A DNA stretch of 64,000 bases from Syntrophales bacterium (GTDB lineage Bacteria; Desulfobacterota; Syntrophia; Syntrophales; UBA6807). This document shows positions 18,633-28,493 of this stretch, piece after piece (position 1 is the stretch's first letter; the number at the start of each line of letters is the position of its first letter). The position numbers were made by a program, and so were the translations under genes. The stretch covers positions 864,001 to 928,000 of the forward strand of contig JAXGPA010000001.1 in the NCBI GenBank assembly GCA_040767195.1, read 5' to 3'. The notes beneath the pieces are model-generated. The model searched no databases, was not told the DNA's origin, and was given only the letters and a program-made list of their open reading frames with translations.

Positions 18633-19448
18633 TTAAAAAAAATCGTGGACGGTCGTAAAAAACGCGTGCACGCCCGCCAGAGAAAAAAGGAGAACGGCGA
18701 AGGCGAGAATGGACAGAAAGGCCGCCTTCCGCCCCTTCCACCCGATGGCAAGGCGCTGGTGAACCAGGATAACGTAAAGGACCCACGCAAGAAGCGTAAA
18801 AACCTGCTTCGGGTCCCACTGCCAGGGCCTTCCCCAGACCGCCCCAGCCCAGACAGCTCCGGCGATGATTCCCACGGTGAAAAAAACGAATCCCCACAGG
18901 AGGGAAAGGTGGTTGATCCTGTCCAGGTCTCGGAGGGATGGAAGATAACGGCTGAATCGAAAAGCCGTTTTCCTCCGCAGGGCATGGTCCTGCAGAAGGT
19001 ACATGGTCCCGGCGAGACAGGCCAGAACGAGGAGAGCTTCTCCCGTGAGGGTGAAAAAAACGTGGGCCGGCACCCAATATCCCCGGAGGATGTCGGGGAC
19101 GACGTTCTCTCCCGTGAGCCCCAGGGACGTCGCCATCATGAGAAGGAAGGAAAAAGGCGCCACAAAGGCCCCGAGGACACGGGTCTTCGTCATGGTCTGA
19201 AACACGAGATAGCCCCCGGAAACAGCCCAGGCCAGAAAGGACAGAGACTCATACAAGGTGATTACAGGGCCCTGTCCAGAAAGCCGCCAGCGCCCGATGA
19301 TGAACAGGGTGTGGATGGCGAAGGCCGCGAAAAGGACCCACGTGGAGATCCGGGCGACGGAAACCCTTCGGACCAGGAGGGAGACCAGGTAGCCTGCCGT
19401 ACTCACGAGGTATGCGAAAAGAGCCGCCTTGAATAACCAGGTTTCCAT
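18633..19448 (-). CDS. ccsA: Cytochrome c biogenesis / heme-handling membrane protein (CcsA/HemX family)
   Basis: Multi-TM protein, conserved His (IHT, PAH), G..WA...WG..WQWDPKQ (WWD domain); ATG 19448. Confidence 0.88.
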   Translation of the reverse strand: METWLFKAALFAYLVSTAGYLVSLLVRRVSVARISTWVLFAAFAIHTLFIIGRWRLSGQGPVITLYESLSFLAWAVSGGYLVFQTMTKTRVLGAFVAPFSFLLMMATSLGLTGENVVPDILRGYWVPAHVFFTLTGEALLVLACLAGTMYLLQDHALRRKTAFRFSRYLPSLRDLDRINHLSLLWGFVFFTVGIIAGAVWAGAVWGRPWQWDPKQVFTLLAWVLYVILVHQRLAIGWKGRKAAFLSILAFAVLLFSLAGVHAFFTTVHDFF

Positions 19449-19450
19449 GA

Positions 19451-20101
19451 TCAATCCAGAGGGATGTCTTCCCCGACCCGTTCCCGGATCAGTTCCCGGA
19501 CCTCGTCCCACCGCTCTTCCCGGATACAGGCGAGGAGAGGAGCGTCAAGAAGATCCTCGAAAATCCGTCGATTGGCTTCGGGCCCCGCCCCTTTTTCGAG
19601 GATCTTCCGCCTGATCTTACCCATGATCCGGAGGAGCGTGCCGTATTCCGGGCCATACCGTTCCTCCAGTTCTTCGCGGATTCTCCGGGCCAGGGCGGGA
19701 CTCCTGCCCCCCGTGGAAACGGCCACGGAGAGATCCCCCCTGTTAAAAACGGCGGGAACGATGAAGTCGCACCGGGACGGTTCGTCCACGATGTTCACGA
19801 GAACGCCCCTTTTACGGGCATCCTCGAAAATCCGACGGTTTATTTCCGGCCGGTCGGTGGCGCCTATGACCAGGAAAACGCCATCCAGGTAGCGGTCCTC
19901 GTAAGGGCCTCCCAGGTGCTCGATCCTTTTTTCCTGAACGAGCCCCCTCAGGAGATCCGTCAGGCTTATGGCCGCCAGGGCCACCGAAGCGCCGCATTCC
20001 AGGAGGGAGAGGACTTTACGCTCCGCCACCTCACCGCCGCCGATGACGACGCATTTCCTGTTTGAAATGTCGAGACAAACGGGGTAGTATTTTAAAGTCA
20101 T
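19451..20101 (-). CDS. Precorrin-2 dehydrogenase / sirohydrochlorin ferrochelatase (SirC/CysG-N/Met8 type)
   Basis: YYPVCL, GGGEVAERK, ATD, VN.VD.P..CDF.VPA, STGGRSPALA. Confidence 0.92.
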   Translation of the reverse strand: MTLKYYPVCLDISNRKCVVIGGGEVAERKVLSLLECGASVALAAISLTDLLRGLVQEKRIEHLGGPYEDRYLDGVFLVIGATDRPEINRRIFEDARKRGVLVNIVDEPSRCDFIVPAVFNRGDLSVAVSTGGRSPALARRIREELEERYGPEYGTLLRIMGKIRRKILEKGAGPEANRRIFEDLLDAPLLACIREERWDEVRELIRERVGEDIPLD

Positions 20102-20293
20102 CGCATCCCTTCAGGTCCCGATTCGTTAGAAAGATAAAATTGTTACCACGACGGATGGGAAAACTCAAGGAGCTTGATCTTTCAGAGGCGGGCCCCTTCA
20201 CGGGACCTGCCGGGAGAAATCCCGGGCCCACAAGGGGAACCTCAGAGATCATGGGGATCGGATCGGACATTCCAGAGAGGAGACACACGGCAC

Positions 20294-21235
20294 ATGCCTT
20301 CACAAAGCCAAAAGTGGGTTGAAATCACCATTGCGGCGCCCATCGCCCTGGCCGACGCAATCTCCAGCTTTATCACCGACCAGGGATCCCTCGGCGTCAT
20401 CGAGGAAGAGATCGTGGTGGATGCCTTTGACGACATCGACGAGCAGGAGGGATCGGGAAAGATCAGGGCTTATTTTCCCGATGACCATACCGCCGCCATG
20501 AAAGTGAACGCTCTCGGGGATTACCTGAAAAGCCTCTCCCAGATGTTTCCCGAGCTCGACCCGCCGGAGATGAAAGCGGAAACCATCGCCGACCCCGACT
20601 GGGAGGAACAGTGGAAAAAGTATTTCAAACCCCTCCGGATCAGCCGGGACATCGTCATCAAGCCGACCTGGGAACGTTACGCCCCCTCCGGCCGGGACAT
20701 CGTCATCGACATCGATCCCGGCATGGCCTTCGGGACGGGCCAGCATCCTTCTACCCGCATGTGCATCAACGCCATGGAAGAAATTATCCCCAAGGACCGC
20801 ACCTTTGAGACATGGCAGGTCCTCGACGTGGGAACAGGTACGGGGATCCTGGCCATATCGGCGGCCAAGCTCGGCGCCCAACGGGTCATCGCTCTCGACC
20901 TTGACCTGAAAGCGGTCGAAATCGCTGAAAAAAATATAACAATCAACCGGGTCGAAGACCGGATCGAGATCCTGAACCAGGACGTTCTGACATACCAGGG
21001 CCGGTTTAACCTCATCGTCGCCAATCTGACGGCCTCGACCCTGATTCCCCTTCGGACCCATCTTGACGGCATGCTGGAACCGGGAGGCTACCTCGTTCTC
21101 TCGGGCATCATAGAAAAAGACGCTCCCATGGTGGAAGAAACGTTTCTTCGCCAGGAAAGCCTGTCCTCTCACCAGCTCCTTTCGGAAAAAGAATGGGTCT
21201 GCTTCGTCCTGCAAAAGAGGAGAGAAGCGCCTTGA
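20294..21235 (+). CDS. prmA: 50S ribosomal protein L11 methyltransferase
   Basis: DW...WK.YF.P, P.WE, IDPGMAFGTG.HP.T, LDVGTGTGILAI, VANL, LSGI; ATG 20294. Confidence 0.95.
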   Translation: MPSQSQKWVEITIAAPIALADAISSFITDQGSLGVIEEEIVVDAFDDIDEQEGSGKIRAYFPDDHTAAMKVNALGDYLKSLSQMFPELDPPEMKAETIADPDWEEQWKKYFKPLRISRDIVIKPTWERYAPSGRDIVIDIDPGMAFGTGQHPSTRMCINAMEEIIPKDRTFETWQVLDVGTGTGILAISAAKLGAQRVIALDLDLKAVEIAEKNITINRVEDRIEILNQDVLTYQGRFNLIVANLTASTLIPLRTHLDGMLEPGGYLVLSGIIEKDAPMVEETFLRQESLSSHQLLSEKEWVCFVLQKRREAP

Positions 21236-21999
21236 CCCTCCCCCGTTTATACCTTCCCGACGTGACGGACGGCAAAACCGTCGTTCAGGCGAAGGGGAAG
21301 GAGCTGCATTATCTTAAATCCGTTCTCCGCCTTTCCGAAGGCAGCGAGATCCGTCTTTTTGACGGCACAGGCGGCCAGTGGCGGGCCCTCGTCGAGCGCT
21401 ACGACGACGAGGGGGCCTCCCTGCGGATCCTGGAAAAAGACGAACCGGCTGCTTCCGCCCTGGAAATCACCCTGGCCCAGTCCCTGCCCAAGGCGGACAA
21501 GATGGATTTCATCGTCCGAAAGGGGACGGAACTCGGCGCGGGCCGGATCATCCCCTTTATTTCATCCCGTTCCGTTTCCAGGCCCGATGCGGGCCGCCAG
21601 GAAAACCGGATTTTGCGGTGGCGCCGGATCGCCGCCGAGGCCGCCCGACAGTCGGGACGTTCGGTGGTCCCGGAAATAACGGACATCCTTTCCTTCGAAA
21701 CGATGCTGTCGCGCCGGCAGGCGGGGAACCTGGGACTCTTCTTCTGGGAAGACGAGAAAAATCGGTTCCTCAAATCCCTCCTGGGAGGACCTTCCGCCCG
21801 GGAGCAATCCCGGTTCTTCATCGTCGTCGGCCCGGAAGGGGGGTTTTCCCGGGATGAGGCGGACCGGGCCATGTCCGACGGTTTTATGGCGGTGACGCTC
21901 GGCCCTTACATCCTTCGGACGGAAACGGCCCCCCTGGCCATCCTGTCGATTCTCCAGTACGAGAAAGGCTCTTTTTCAGAAAGGACATGCCATGAGTGA
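21232..21999 (+). CDS. rsmE: 16S rRNA m3U1498 methyltransferase
   Basis: HYL.SVLRL, K.DKMD..V.K.TELG, EAARQSGR, VGPEGGF, LG..ILRTETA; TTG start overlaps prmA stop. Confidence 0.95.
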   Translation: MTLPRLYLPDVTDGKTVVQAKGKELHYLKSVLRLSEGSEIRLFDGTGGQWRALVERYDDEGASLRILEKDEPAASALEITLAQSLPKADKMDFIVRKGTELGAGRIIPFISSRSVSRPDAGRQENRILRWRRIAAEAARQSGRSVVPEITDILSFETMLSRRQAGNLGLFFWEDEKNRFLKSLLGGPSAREQSRFFIVVGPEGGFSRDEADRAMSDGFMAVTLGPYILRTETAPLAILSILQYEKGSFSERTCHE

Positions 22000-22495
22000 C
22001 GGGTATTTCGGCGGATTTTTCCGCCGCTTCACAGCGTTCATGATCGACCAGTTTTTCCTTGCCATGCTCTACACAGCCATTTTCTTCGTCAGCGCGAAGC
22101 TTCTCGGTATCGACATGTATTCCCTTCTGGATTTCACGACGTGGCGAAGCCCACGGGACATGAGCCCCCTTCTCCTGTCCTATTACGGAATGACCACGAT
22201 CCTGAACATGACCTACTTCACCTATTTTCACGGGACGACCGGGCAGACCCCGGGCAAGAAAATGCTCGGCCTCAGGGTCGAAAGGACAGGCGGAGATCCC
22301 ATGACGCCGGGGATCGCCTTTCTCCGGTGGGTCGGTTATTTCGTCTCGGCCATCGTCCTGTACCTGGGGTATCTGTGGGTCATCGTGGACAGGAAAAAGC
22401 AGGCCTGGCACGACAAGATCGCCGGCACGGTGGTGGTGCGGACATCGTGGGACAGACCCGCTCCGGCGGCCGTGGACGCGGAAAAAATACCTTGA
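21992..22495 (+). CDS. RDD family membrane protein
   Basis: GF.RR..AF.ID, GQTPGK..LGLRV, Q.WHDKIAGT.VV. Confidence 0.92.
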   Translation: MSDGYFGGFFRRFTAFMIDQFFLAMLYTAIFFVSAKLLGIDMYSLLDFTTWRSPRDMSPLLLSYYGMTTILNMTYFTYFHGTTGQTPGKKMLGLRVERTGGDPMTPGIAFLRWVGYFVSAIVLYLGYLWVIVDRKKQAWHDKIAGTVVVRTSWDRPAPAAVDAEKIP

Positions 22496-22521
22496 CAAAA
22501 AAGCCGCTTCGGTTTTATGAT
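22492..22521 (+). promoter_or_regulatory. Sigma70-type promoter for tRNA-Phe
   Basis: TTGACA(22492)-N18-TATGAT(22516), 20 nt upstream of the tRNA. Confidence 0.7.
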
Positions 22522-22541
22522 CCATTCCCTCAAGAAAAGAC

Positions 22542-22617
22542 GGGTCGGTAGCTCAGTCGGTAGAGCACTGGACTGAAAATCCAGGTGTCGGCAGTTCGAT
22601 TCTGCCCTGACCCACCA
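22542..22617 (+). tRNA. tRNA-Phe (GAA)
   Basis: 76-nt cloverleaf: acceptor GGGTCGG/CTGACCC, D arm GCTC/GAGC, anticodon stem CTGGA-ctGAAaa-TCCAG, T arm GGCAG-TTCGATT-CTGCC, encoded CCA. Confidence 0.98.
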
Positions 22618-22623
22618 GGATGC

Positions 22624-22660
22624 AAAAAGGGCCGCAAAGTGATTTTGCGGCCCTTTTTTT
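22624..22660. terminator. Bidirectional intrinsic terminator after tRNA-Phe
   Basis: AAAAAGGGCCGCAAA-gtgat-TTTGCGGCCCTTTTTTT. Confidence 0.9.
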
Positions 22661-22850
22661 ATTTTCGAATGATCGGATGATTATAAAGATCCCTCGTCGA
22701 TACCATCCTCAGTGATCGAAGAGAGATGAAGGCTTTTTTTCAGGTTTTGCCTGTAGCACAATAATCAAATTTTGGGCAGTGGAATAAAGTCCGTTGTTTT
22801 TGTAACACGAGGCTCATTGTGGAGACCTTCGCCGACAAAGAACGGCGCAA

Positions 22851-23762
22851 TCAGTCCCTGGCAATTACGGGAGCGGCGCGACTGTTTTCCCTCAATCGAA
22901 GAAAGGACAGAATCGCCAGGGCCAGCAGGATGAGGATGATGCCCCCGGCCTCACAGTCATTGATTCTTTCTCCGATCTCAATCCACGATGAGGTCATGCC
23001 GATCACCGGTATGGCGAGGAGCCCCATGCCGCCAACACCGGCGGGAAGGTTTCGAATCACGTTGATATAGAGGATGAAGGCCAGGGCCGAGACAAGCAAA
23101 CCGTTATAAATCATGGCACCCACAAGATAGGGGGTCCAGGAGACGGGTTCGGAGGGGATCAGGAAGGCGGTGACGATGAGGGGCAGGGCCCCGAAAAAGG
23201 TCTGCCACGTCGTTACCGACAGGAGGTCGAAACCCTCTCGTTTCTGCAGCATCTTGATGAAGACGGCGCCGACCCCCCAGCAGACACCCGCCAGAACGGC
23301 AAGAATTTTGCTCATGAAGGTTCCCCCCATGGACCATGGCTCGAGGAGAAAAACAAGGCCCATGAAAGAGGCCGACACGGGAATCCAGTAGAGTCCTCCA
23401 AATTTTTCCCCAAGAAAAATCCAGGCGAATATCATGATCCAGAAAGGCATCGTGTAGACCAGAATAGCGGTTTTCCCGGCGCCCCCGCTGACCAGGGCCC
23501 ACATGATGAGCCCCGTCCCTGCGGCAGTCTGCGAAAACCCCAGCAAGGCGATCAGGACGGCGTTCCGGGGCCTGAGAGACAGACCCTTCCAGGCCATGAA
23601 CCCCATGAGGACGAGGGCCCCCATGGCCATTCTCGCGGCGTTGAAATCGAAAGGACCCATGAATGCGAGGGATTTCTTCATGACCACCCAGTTGTATCCC
23701 CATATGGCGGTAAGAAGAGCCAGTCCCGCCAAGGGCTTATATGACCTGACAGACAGGGGCAT
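22851..23762 (-). CDS. EamA/DMT family transporter
   Basis: About 10 TM segments, IWG.NWVVMK, AILVYTMPFW...AW..LGE, two EamA halves. Confidence 0.9.
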   Translation of the reverse strand: MPLSVRSYKPLAGLALLTAIWGYNWVVMKKSLAFMGPFDFNAARMAMGALVLMGFMAWKGLSLRPRNAVLIALLGFSQTAAGTGLIMWALVSGGAGKTAILVYTMPFWIMIFAWIFLGEKFGGLYWIPVSASFMGLVFLLEPWSMGGTFMSKILAVLAGVCWGVGAVFIKMLQKREGFDLLSVTTWQTFFGALPLIVTAFLIPSEPVSWTPYLVGAMIYNGLLVSALAFILYINVIRNLPAGVGGMGLLAIPVIGMTSSWIEIGERINDCEAGGIILILLALAILSFLRLRENSRAAPVIARD

Positions 23763-24043
23763 GATCGATCCTTCCTCCTCTGCGGGCCCGATGGTGCCGC
23801 CCCTTCGGGGTCCCCGGGAAACCGCATCTCAACGCTCTGACGTCGTCATCGGATAGCACACCCATCGCTGTCACCGCAAGCGATATCGCTGGAATGCGCA
23901 TCCCCCGGGCCTTTCATCGCCGCCTGCGCCCCAGCCCTTGTGCCACACCTGGGGGAAAGGAGGCCCGGGGCCAGTTTTTCATTGACAAATACGGGGAAAG
24001 CATCCAAAAGAAACAACAGCGCCAATAAGGGGGACCACAACGC

Positions 24044-25156
24044 ATGGCAAGGCGAAGCCGGGAAGTCTATCAGTTTAAAGTCACCTTGAGGGGTATACGC
24101 CCGCCCGTCTGGAGAAGGATCCAGGTCCCGGAGAACTATTCCTTCTGGGACCTTCATGTGGCCATACAGGATGCCATGGGGTGGCTCGATTGCCATCTTC
24201 ACGCTTTTTACATGGCCAACCCCGTAACGGGCCAGCGGGAAGAAATCGGCATCCCCGATGAGGAATGGGCCGGCGACAAGATTTTACCGGGGTGGAAAAA
24301 GAAAGTCGCCCGCTATTTTACCCCGGAAAATAAGAAAGCCCGCTACGTGTATGATTTTGGCGACGACTGGGAACATGATGTCGTCCTGGAAAAGATTCTA
24401 CCCCGAAATGAAAACGTTTTTTATCCGTGCTGCATAGCGGGCAGGCGATCGGCCCCGCCGGAGGACTGCGGGGGCCTGTGGGGTTATGAAAACCTGCTCC
24501 AGGGGCTTGAAAACCCCGATCACGAAGAGCACGAGGAAATTATCGAATGGGTGGGTGAGGATTTCGATCCCGACGATTTCAACAAGGAAGCCATCGTTTT
24601 TTCCGATCCCCGGAAGCGCCTGGAGAGCGCCTTTTCCGAAAACGCCCGGGAAGATGAGCATTCCGGGGAGGAAGAAGAAATGGAAGACAGGGAGTTTTTT
24701 CTGGAACCCTGGGTCGAACTCTGGGACAAGGTGCGCCGGCGTGATGTTTCCGACCTTTCCCCGGGGGAAGAGAAAATCGCCCGGATCATGCAGGACCACG
24801 AATCGATTTTTTCTGAAACACTGGACAAGGTAAAACAGGGCGGGGCCGACGAAGAGGAGGACATTGGCCTTCTTTTCCATGTCCTGATCCACATGACCGT
24901 GGAAGATCAGCTCGAAAGAGGCAAGCCGCTTGAGATACGGTCCTTTTATGAAGCCATGAAAGAGCAGGGGTGCAGCCATCACGACACGGTTCATCTTGCC
25001 GGGTCTCTTTGGGCCAGCCTTTTTCTGGAATCCACCTATGAGAAAAAGCGTTTTCCCTCTCAAAAATACAGAAACCGACTGAAAAAATTCAAAGACATGA
25101 AGCCCAGGGAGATCTGGGATCTTTTGAAAAAAGAACAATTCCAGGAAATCAAATGA
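24044..25156 (+). CDS. Plasmid pRiA4b ORF-3 family protein with C-terminal DUF1841-like domain
   Basis: YQFKVTL...PPVWRRIQVP, LH.AIQ.AMGW...HLH.F, Y.YDFGDDW.H, PPEDCGG; C-terminal H..IH..VE.QL..G.P..IR..Y......HD..H. Confidence 0.85.
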   Translation: MARRSREVYQFKVTLRGIRPPVWRRIQVPENYSFWDLHVAIQDAMGWLDCHLHAFYMANPVTGQREEIGIPDEEWAGDKILPGWKKKVARYFTPENKKARYVYDFGDDWEHDVVLEKILPRNENVFYPCCIAGRRSAPPEDCGGLWGYENLLQGLENPDHEEHEEIIEWVGEDFDPDDFNKEAIVFSDPRKRLESAFSENAREDEHSGEEEEMEDREFFLEPWVELWDKVRRRDVSDLSPGEEKIARIMQDHESIFSETLDKVKQGGADEEEDIGLLFHVLIHMTVEDQLERGKPLEIRSFYEAMKEQGCSHHDTVHLAGSLWASLFLESTYEKKRFPSQKYRNRLKKFKDMKPREIWDLLKKEQFQEIK

Positions 25157-25221
25157 TCCTGGGATGTTGTTTTGATGACCGGTGATCCGTCAACCAGCGT
25201 GATGAAAACCGGGAGAGCGCC

Positions 25222-25596
25222 GTGAATAAAACAACCCAGGACACGGAGCGGCAGGCAAACCGGCAGGAAATCGCGGACCGTTTCAGGGAAAGGGAACAAA
25301 AGGCCTTCTGTCATGAAGGAGAAAAAATTTTAAAGTATTACGTCCTTTTCGGCCATGAAGGACTTCCTTCCGTACTCACTTATCTCGACAAAATGGGAAA
25401 AACGCCGATCCGCGGCCTTGAAAACGACGGGGTGGATCAATTGATCAACCGGGTTCTCGATGACGAAGAGGGCTACCTGGCTTATAAACTCGGCCTTGTC
25501 AGGGAAGCGGTGGACGGCATGGAAATCGACGACCGGCTGACAGGCCTGGTGAGCCGCTTCCTGGCGTTCCTCGGGCGGGAGGGGAATGGCCGGTGA
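25222..25596 (+). CDS. Hypothetical protein
   Basis: 124-aa ORF with GGGAG RBS, protein-like composition, followed by a terminator. Confidence 0.6.
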   Translation: MNKTTQDTERQANRQEIADRFREREQKAFCHEGEKILKYYVLFGHEGLPSVLTYLDKMGKTPIRGLENDGVDQLINRVLDDEEGYLAYKLGLVREAVDGMEIDDRLTGLVSRFLAFLGREGNGR

Positions 25597-25628
25597 ACCC
25601 CAGGGGCCCGGAGAACCCGGAGGAACAG

Positions 25629-25661
25629 AAAAAGCGGGGCCTCTGGAAACCCCGCTTTTTT
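25629..25661. terminator. Bidirectional intrinsic terminator
   Basis: AAAAAGCGGGG-N10-CCCCGCTTTTTT between convergent genes. Confidence 0.85.
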
Positions 25662-25731
25662 AGCTGATCCAGCTGTTCTTGTTTCAAGCCCGCTGCGGGG
25701 AAGTTTCTCCCGGCGGGAAACGAATTGGCTG

Positions 25732-26166
25732 CTATTTGCCGCCTGAACCACTAGGCAGGACATCGATGACCGTGATCATTGTTGCCCCCGTGAATAGCAT
25801 GCCCTCTGTCGTTTCGCCGGTGAGCCTGAGCTCGTTCTCACCGGGGCATTCCAAATCTCCCGTGTCGACGAGGGCCTTCACCTCGCTCATGACGAACTTC
25901 GCCACGAAATTCCCCTGGTTGTCCGCTTTCCACCAGCTTATGGGGACGTCGTTCAACGTCACGGTCCCGCCGACAACTTGCCCGTACGCGATGCTCGTGT
26001 GCACGGTTACCACCTGACCCGAGCTCTGGATGTTCAGGGTGGCCGGGGACACTTGAATTGAAATATCCAACGAAGCGAACGAGGGTGTCGGGCCCTGAAG
26101 AAAGGCGATTGACAAAACGAGATACAAAGAAAAGCCAGGAAAAAATGACCGCTTGCGTTTTAGCAT
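25732..26166 (-). CDS. Hypothetical exported protein
   Basis: AAGGAGG RBS; basic N-terminus, hydrophobic stretch and SFA-type signal peptide; beta-rich mature region. Confidence 0.7.
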   Translation of the reverse strand: MLKRKRSFFPGFSLYLVLSIAFLQGPTPSFASLDISIQVSPATLNIQSSGQVVTVHTSIAYGQVVGGTVTLNDVPISWWKADNQGNFVAKFVMSEVKALVDTGDLECPGENELRLTGETTEGMLFTGATMITVIDVLPSGSGGK

Positions 26167-26417
26167 AAGAGCCTCCTTGTGATTATTTCAATCAGCGATA
26201 TCCGGTGTGCGTGAAAAATCTGCTTACAGACTCCTCTTCCGGCGTAGGTGACCTGCTTCTCGGGGAAAGACCTTTTTCTCACCTTTTCTAGGCCTTTTTC
26301 ATACGTCCTTTCCATCTTTTTGAAATCAAAACGATCCAACAGCCCGTTGGTTACAACTCTCAGCGATGCGTCAAATGATCGGTCACGAATGCGTCTTTCA
26401 CTGCATGGGCATTCCGT

Positions 26418-28493
26418 TCAATTTTTCTCCCCGAATCGGAGCATCCGGGCGTTGACGGCCACGATCACCGTGCTGAGGGACATGAGGATCGCCCCGACGG
26501 CCGGCGATATGACGAGACCGGCCTTGTAAAACACCCCGGCGGCCAGGGGGATGGCGATAACGTTGTATCCCGTGGCCCACCAGAGATTCTGGACCATCTT
26601 CCGGTAGGTCGCCCGGCCGAAAAGAACGAGGGAAGCCACATCGCCGGGATTGCTGTTCACCAGGACGATGTCCGCCGTCTCCGCCGCCACGTCGGTCCCC
26701 GAACCGACGGCGATTCCCACATCCGCCTGGGCCAGCGCCGGGGCATCGTTGACCCCGTCGCCGGTCATGGCGACGAATTCCCCCTGGGACTGGAGCGCCT
26801 TGATTTTCTCCTGCTTTTCGTGGGGGAGGACTTCGGCGAAAGTCCCGTCGAGACCCAGTTCACGGGAAATGGCCTCTGCCACCGTCCTGTTGTCTCCGGT
26901 AAGCATGAGGCAGCGGATCCCGGAAGTTTGAAGCCGTTTTACGGCGTCCCGGGACTCCTTCCGAACCCGGTCCGCCAGTCGGATCTCTCCGACGGGATCG
27001 CCTTCCCTGAGCACGTAGACCACCGTGGACGCCCCGTCCTCCCCTTCCTGCCCCGGCGTGGCGATTCCTTTTTCCCGGAGATATCCCGGGCTCACGACGC
27101 CGATTCGTTTTCCTCCTATTGCTCCCATTATGCCCTTTCCCTTGAGGGCCTCGAAATCGTTTACACTCTCCCGGTTCGCGCCTTTTTCTTCCGCCTCCCG
27201 GAGAATGCCCGAGGCGATGGGATGCTCCGAATTTCGTTCCAGTGAGGCGGCAAGGGTCAAAATCTCTCTCTCGTCAACGGTTTCGTCGAGGGACCGGACC
27301 CCGGTGACCCCGAAAGTCCCCTCCGTCAGGGTGCCCGTCTTGTCGAAGACCACCGCCGTGATCTTCCGGGCGTTTTCGAAGGCCGTCCTGTTGCGGATGA
27401 GAAGGCCGTTGGCGGCGCAAAGGGCCGTCGACACCGCGACGACCAGGGGGATGGCGAGCCCCAGGGCGTGGGGACAGGTAATGACCATGACCGTCACCAT
27501 CCGCTCCATAGCGTAAGCGAAATCGCGTCCGATGAAGAGCCACGCCGCCAGTGTCGCCGTACCGGCGCCGATGGCCACGAGGGTGAGCCACAGGGCGGCC
27601 CGGTCGGCGAGATGCTGGGTCTTCGATTTCGAGTCCTGGGCCTGCCGGACCAGTGAAACGATCTTTGAAAGGTAGGAATCCTCTCCCGTCTTTTCGATCC
27701 GGGCCTCCAGGGATCCTTCCCCGTTCAGGGCCCCCCCGATGAGGGCGTCTCCCTCCTTCTTTCGAACGGGCTTCGATTCTCCCGTGATCAGCGCTTCGTT
27801 GACGTAGCTTTGACCACGGACGACAACGCTGTCGGCGGGGACCTTTTCTCCCGGCCGGACCAGAACCATATCGCCGGGGGACAGCTCGGCCAGGGAAACC
27901 TCCACAACGTCCCCGTTCCGAAGCACGTGGGCCTCGCTGGGCATGAGCCTGGCCAGTTCCTGAAGGGCCCGGGAAGCCCCGAGGACGGAACGCATCTCGA
28001 TCCAGTGTCCGAGAAGCATGATGTCCACGAGGGTCACCAGCTCCCAGAAAAAGATTTTCCCCGGAAGGCCGAAGACCACAGCGGCGCTGTAGAAATAGGC
28101 CACCGAAATGGCCAGGGCGATGAGGGTCATCATCCCCGGGGCGCCCTTTTTCACCTCGCCGGCAAATCCGTTGAGAAAAGGCCATCCCCCGTAGAGAAAG
28201 ACAAAGCTGGACAACAGAAGGAGCACGGCGGTGCTCCCGGGAAAGGTCATGGAAATGCCCAGAAAATTGCCTATCATGGGAGAGAGGACCAGGACAAAGG
28301 GCGTGAGAGCCAGGGAGATGAAGAACCGCCTGCGGAAATCCTCGATCATGCCCCGGTGGTGGGCTTCGTGGTCGTGATGTCCCTTGGAAGCCCGGCCTTT
28401 TCCGGCGGCTTCGCCGCCGTGGGCGGCGTGATCATGTCCACCCGGGGCCTCCTCAGAAGATCCATGGTGATGGGAGCGTGTCTTTTCCTTCAT
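26418..28493 (-). CDS. copB: Copper-translocating P1B-3 type ATPase (CopB-like)
   Basis: His-rich N-terminus, TGES, CPHALGLA, DKTGTLT, SEHP, GDGVNDAPAL, YN..AIP, MSLST. Confidence 0.92.
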   Translation of the reverse strand: MKEKTRSHHHGSSEEAPGGHDHAAHGGEAAGKGRASKGHHDHEAHHRGMIEDFRRRFFISLALTPFVLVLSPMIGNFLGISMTFPGSTAVLLLLSSFVFLYGGWPFLNGFAGEVKKGAPGMMTLIALAISVAYFYSAAVVFGLPGKIFFWELVTLVDIMLLGHWIEMRSVLGASRALQELARLMPSEAHVLRNGDVVEVSLAELSPGDMVLVRPGEKVPADSVVVRGQSYVNEALITGESKPVRKKEGDALIGGALNGEGSLEARIEKTGEDSYLSKIVSLVRQAQDSKSKTQHLADRAALWLTLVAIGAGTATLAAWLFIGRDFAYAMERMVTVMVITCPHALGLAIPLVVAVSTALCAANGLLIRNRTAFENARKITAVVFDKTGTLTEGTFGVTGVRSLDETVDEREILTLAASLERNSEHPIASGILREAEEKGANRESVNDFEALKGKGIMGAIGGKRIGVVSPGYLREKGIATPGQEGEDGASTVVYVLREGDPVGEIRLADRVRKESRDAVKRLQTSGIRCLMLTGDNRTVAEAISRELGLDGTFAEVLPHEKQEKIKALQSQGEFVAMTGDGVNDAPALAQADVGIAVGSGTDVAAETADIVLVNSNPGDVASLVLFGRATYRKMVQNLWWATGYNVIAIPLAAGVFYKAGLVISPAVGAILMSLSTVIVAVNARMLRFGEKN

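Noticed and set aside
17297..18985. Extended hemA, pstA (33955) and pstB (34686) ORFs as apparent fusions
   Set aside because: Extensions overlap neighbouring genes in other frames; family-typical N-termini start at 18628, 34681 and 35538
26288..26302. RBS plus ATG on the minus strand downstream of copB, as a possible small protein
   Set aside because: Reads only MKKA then stop
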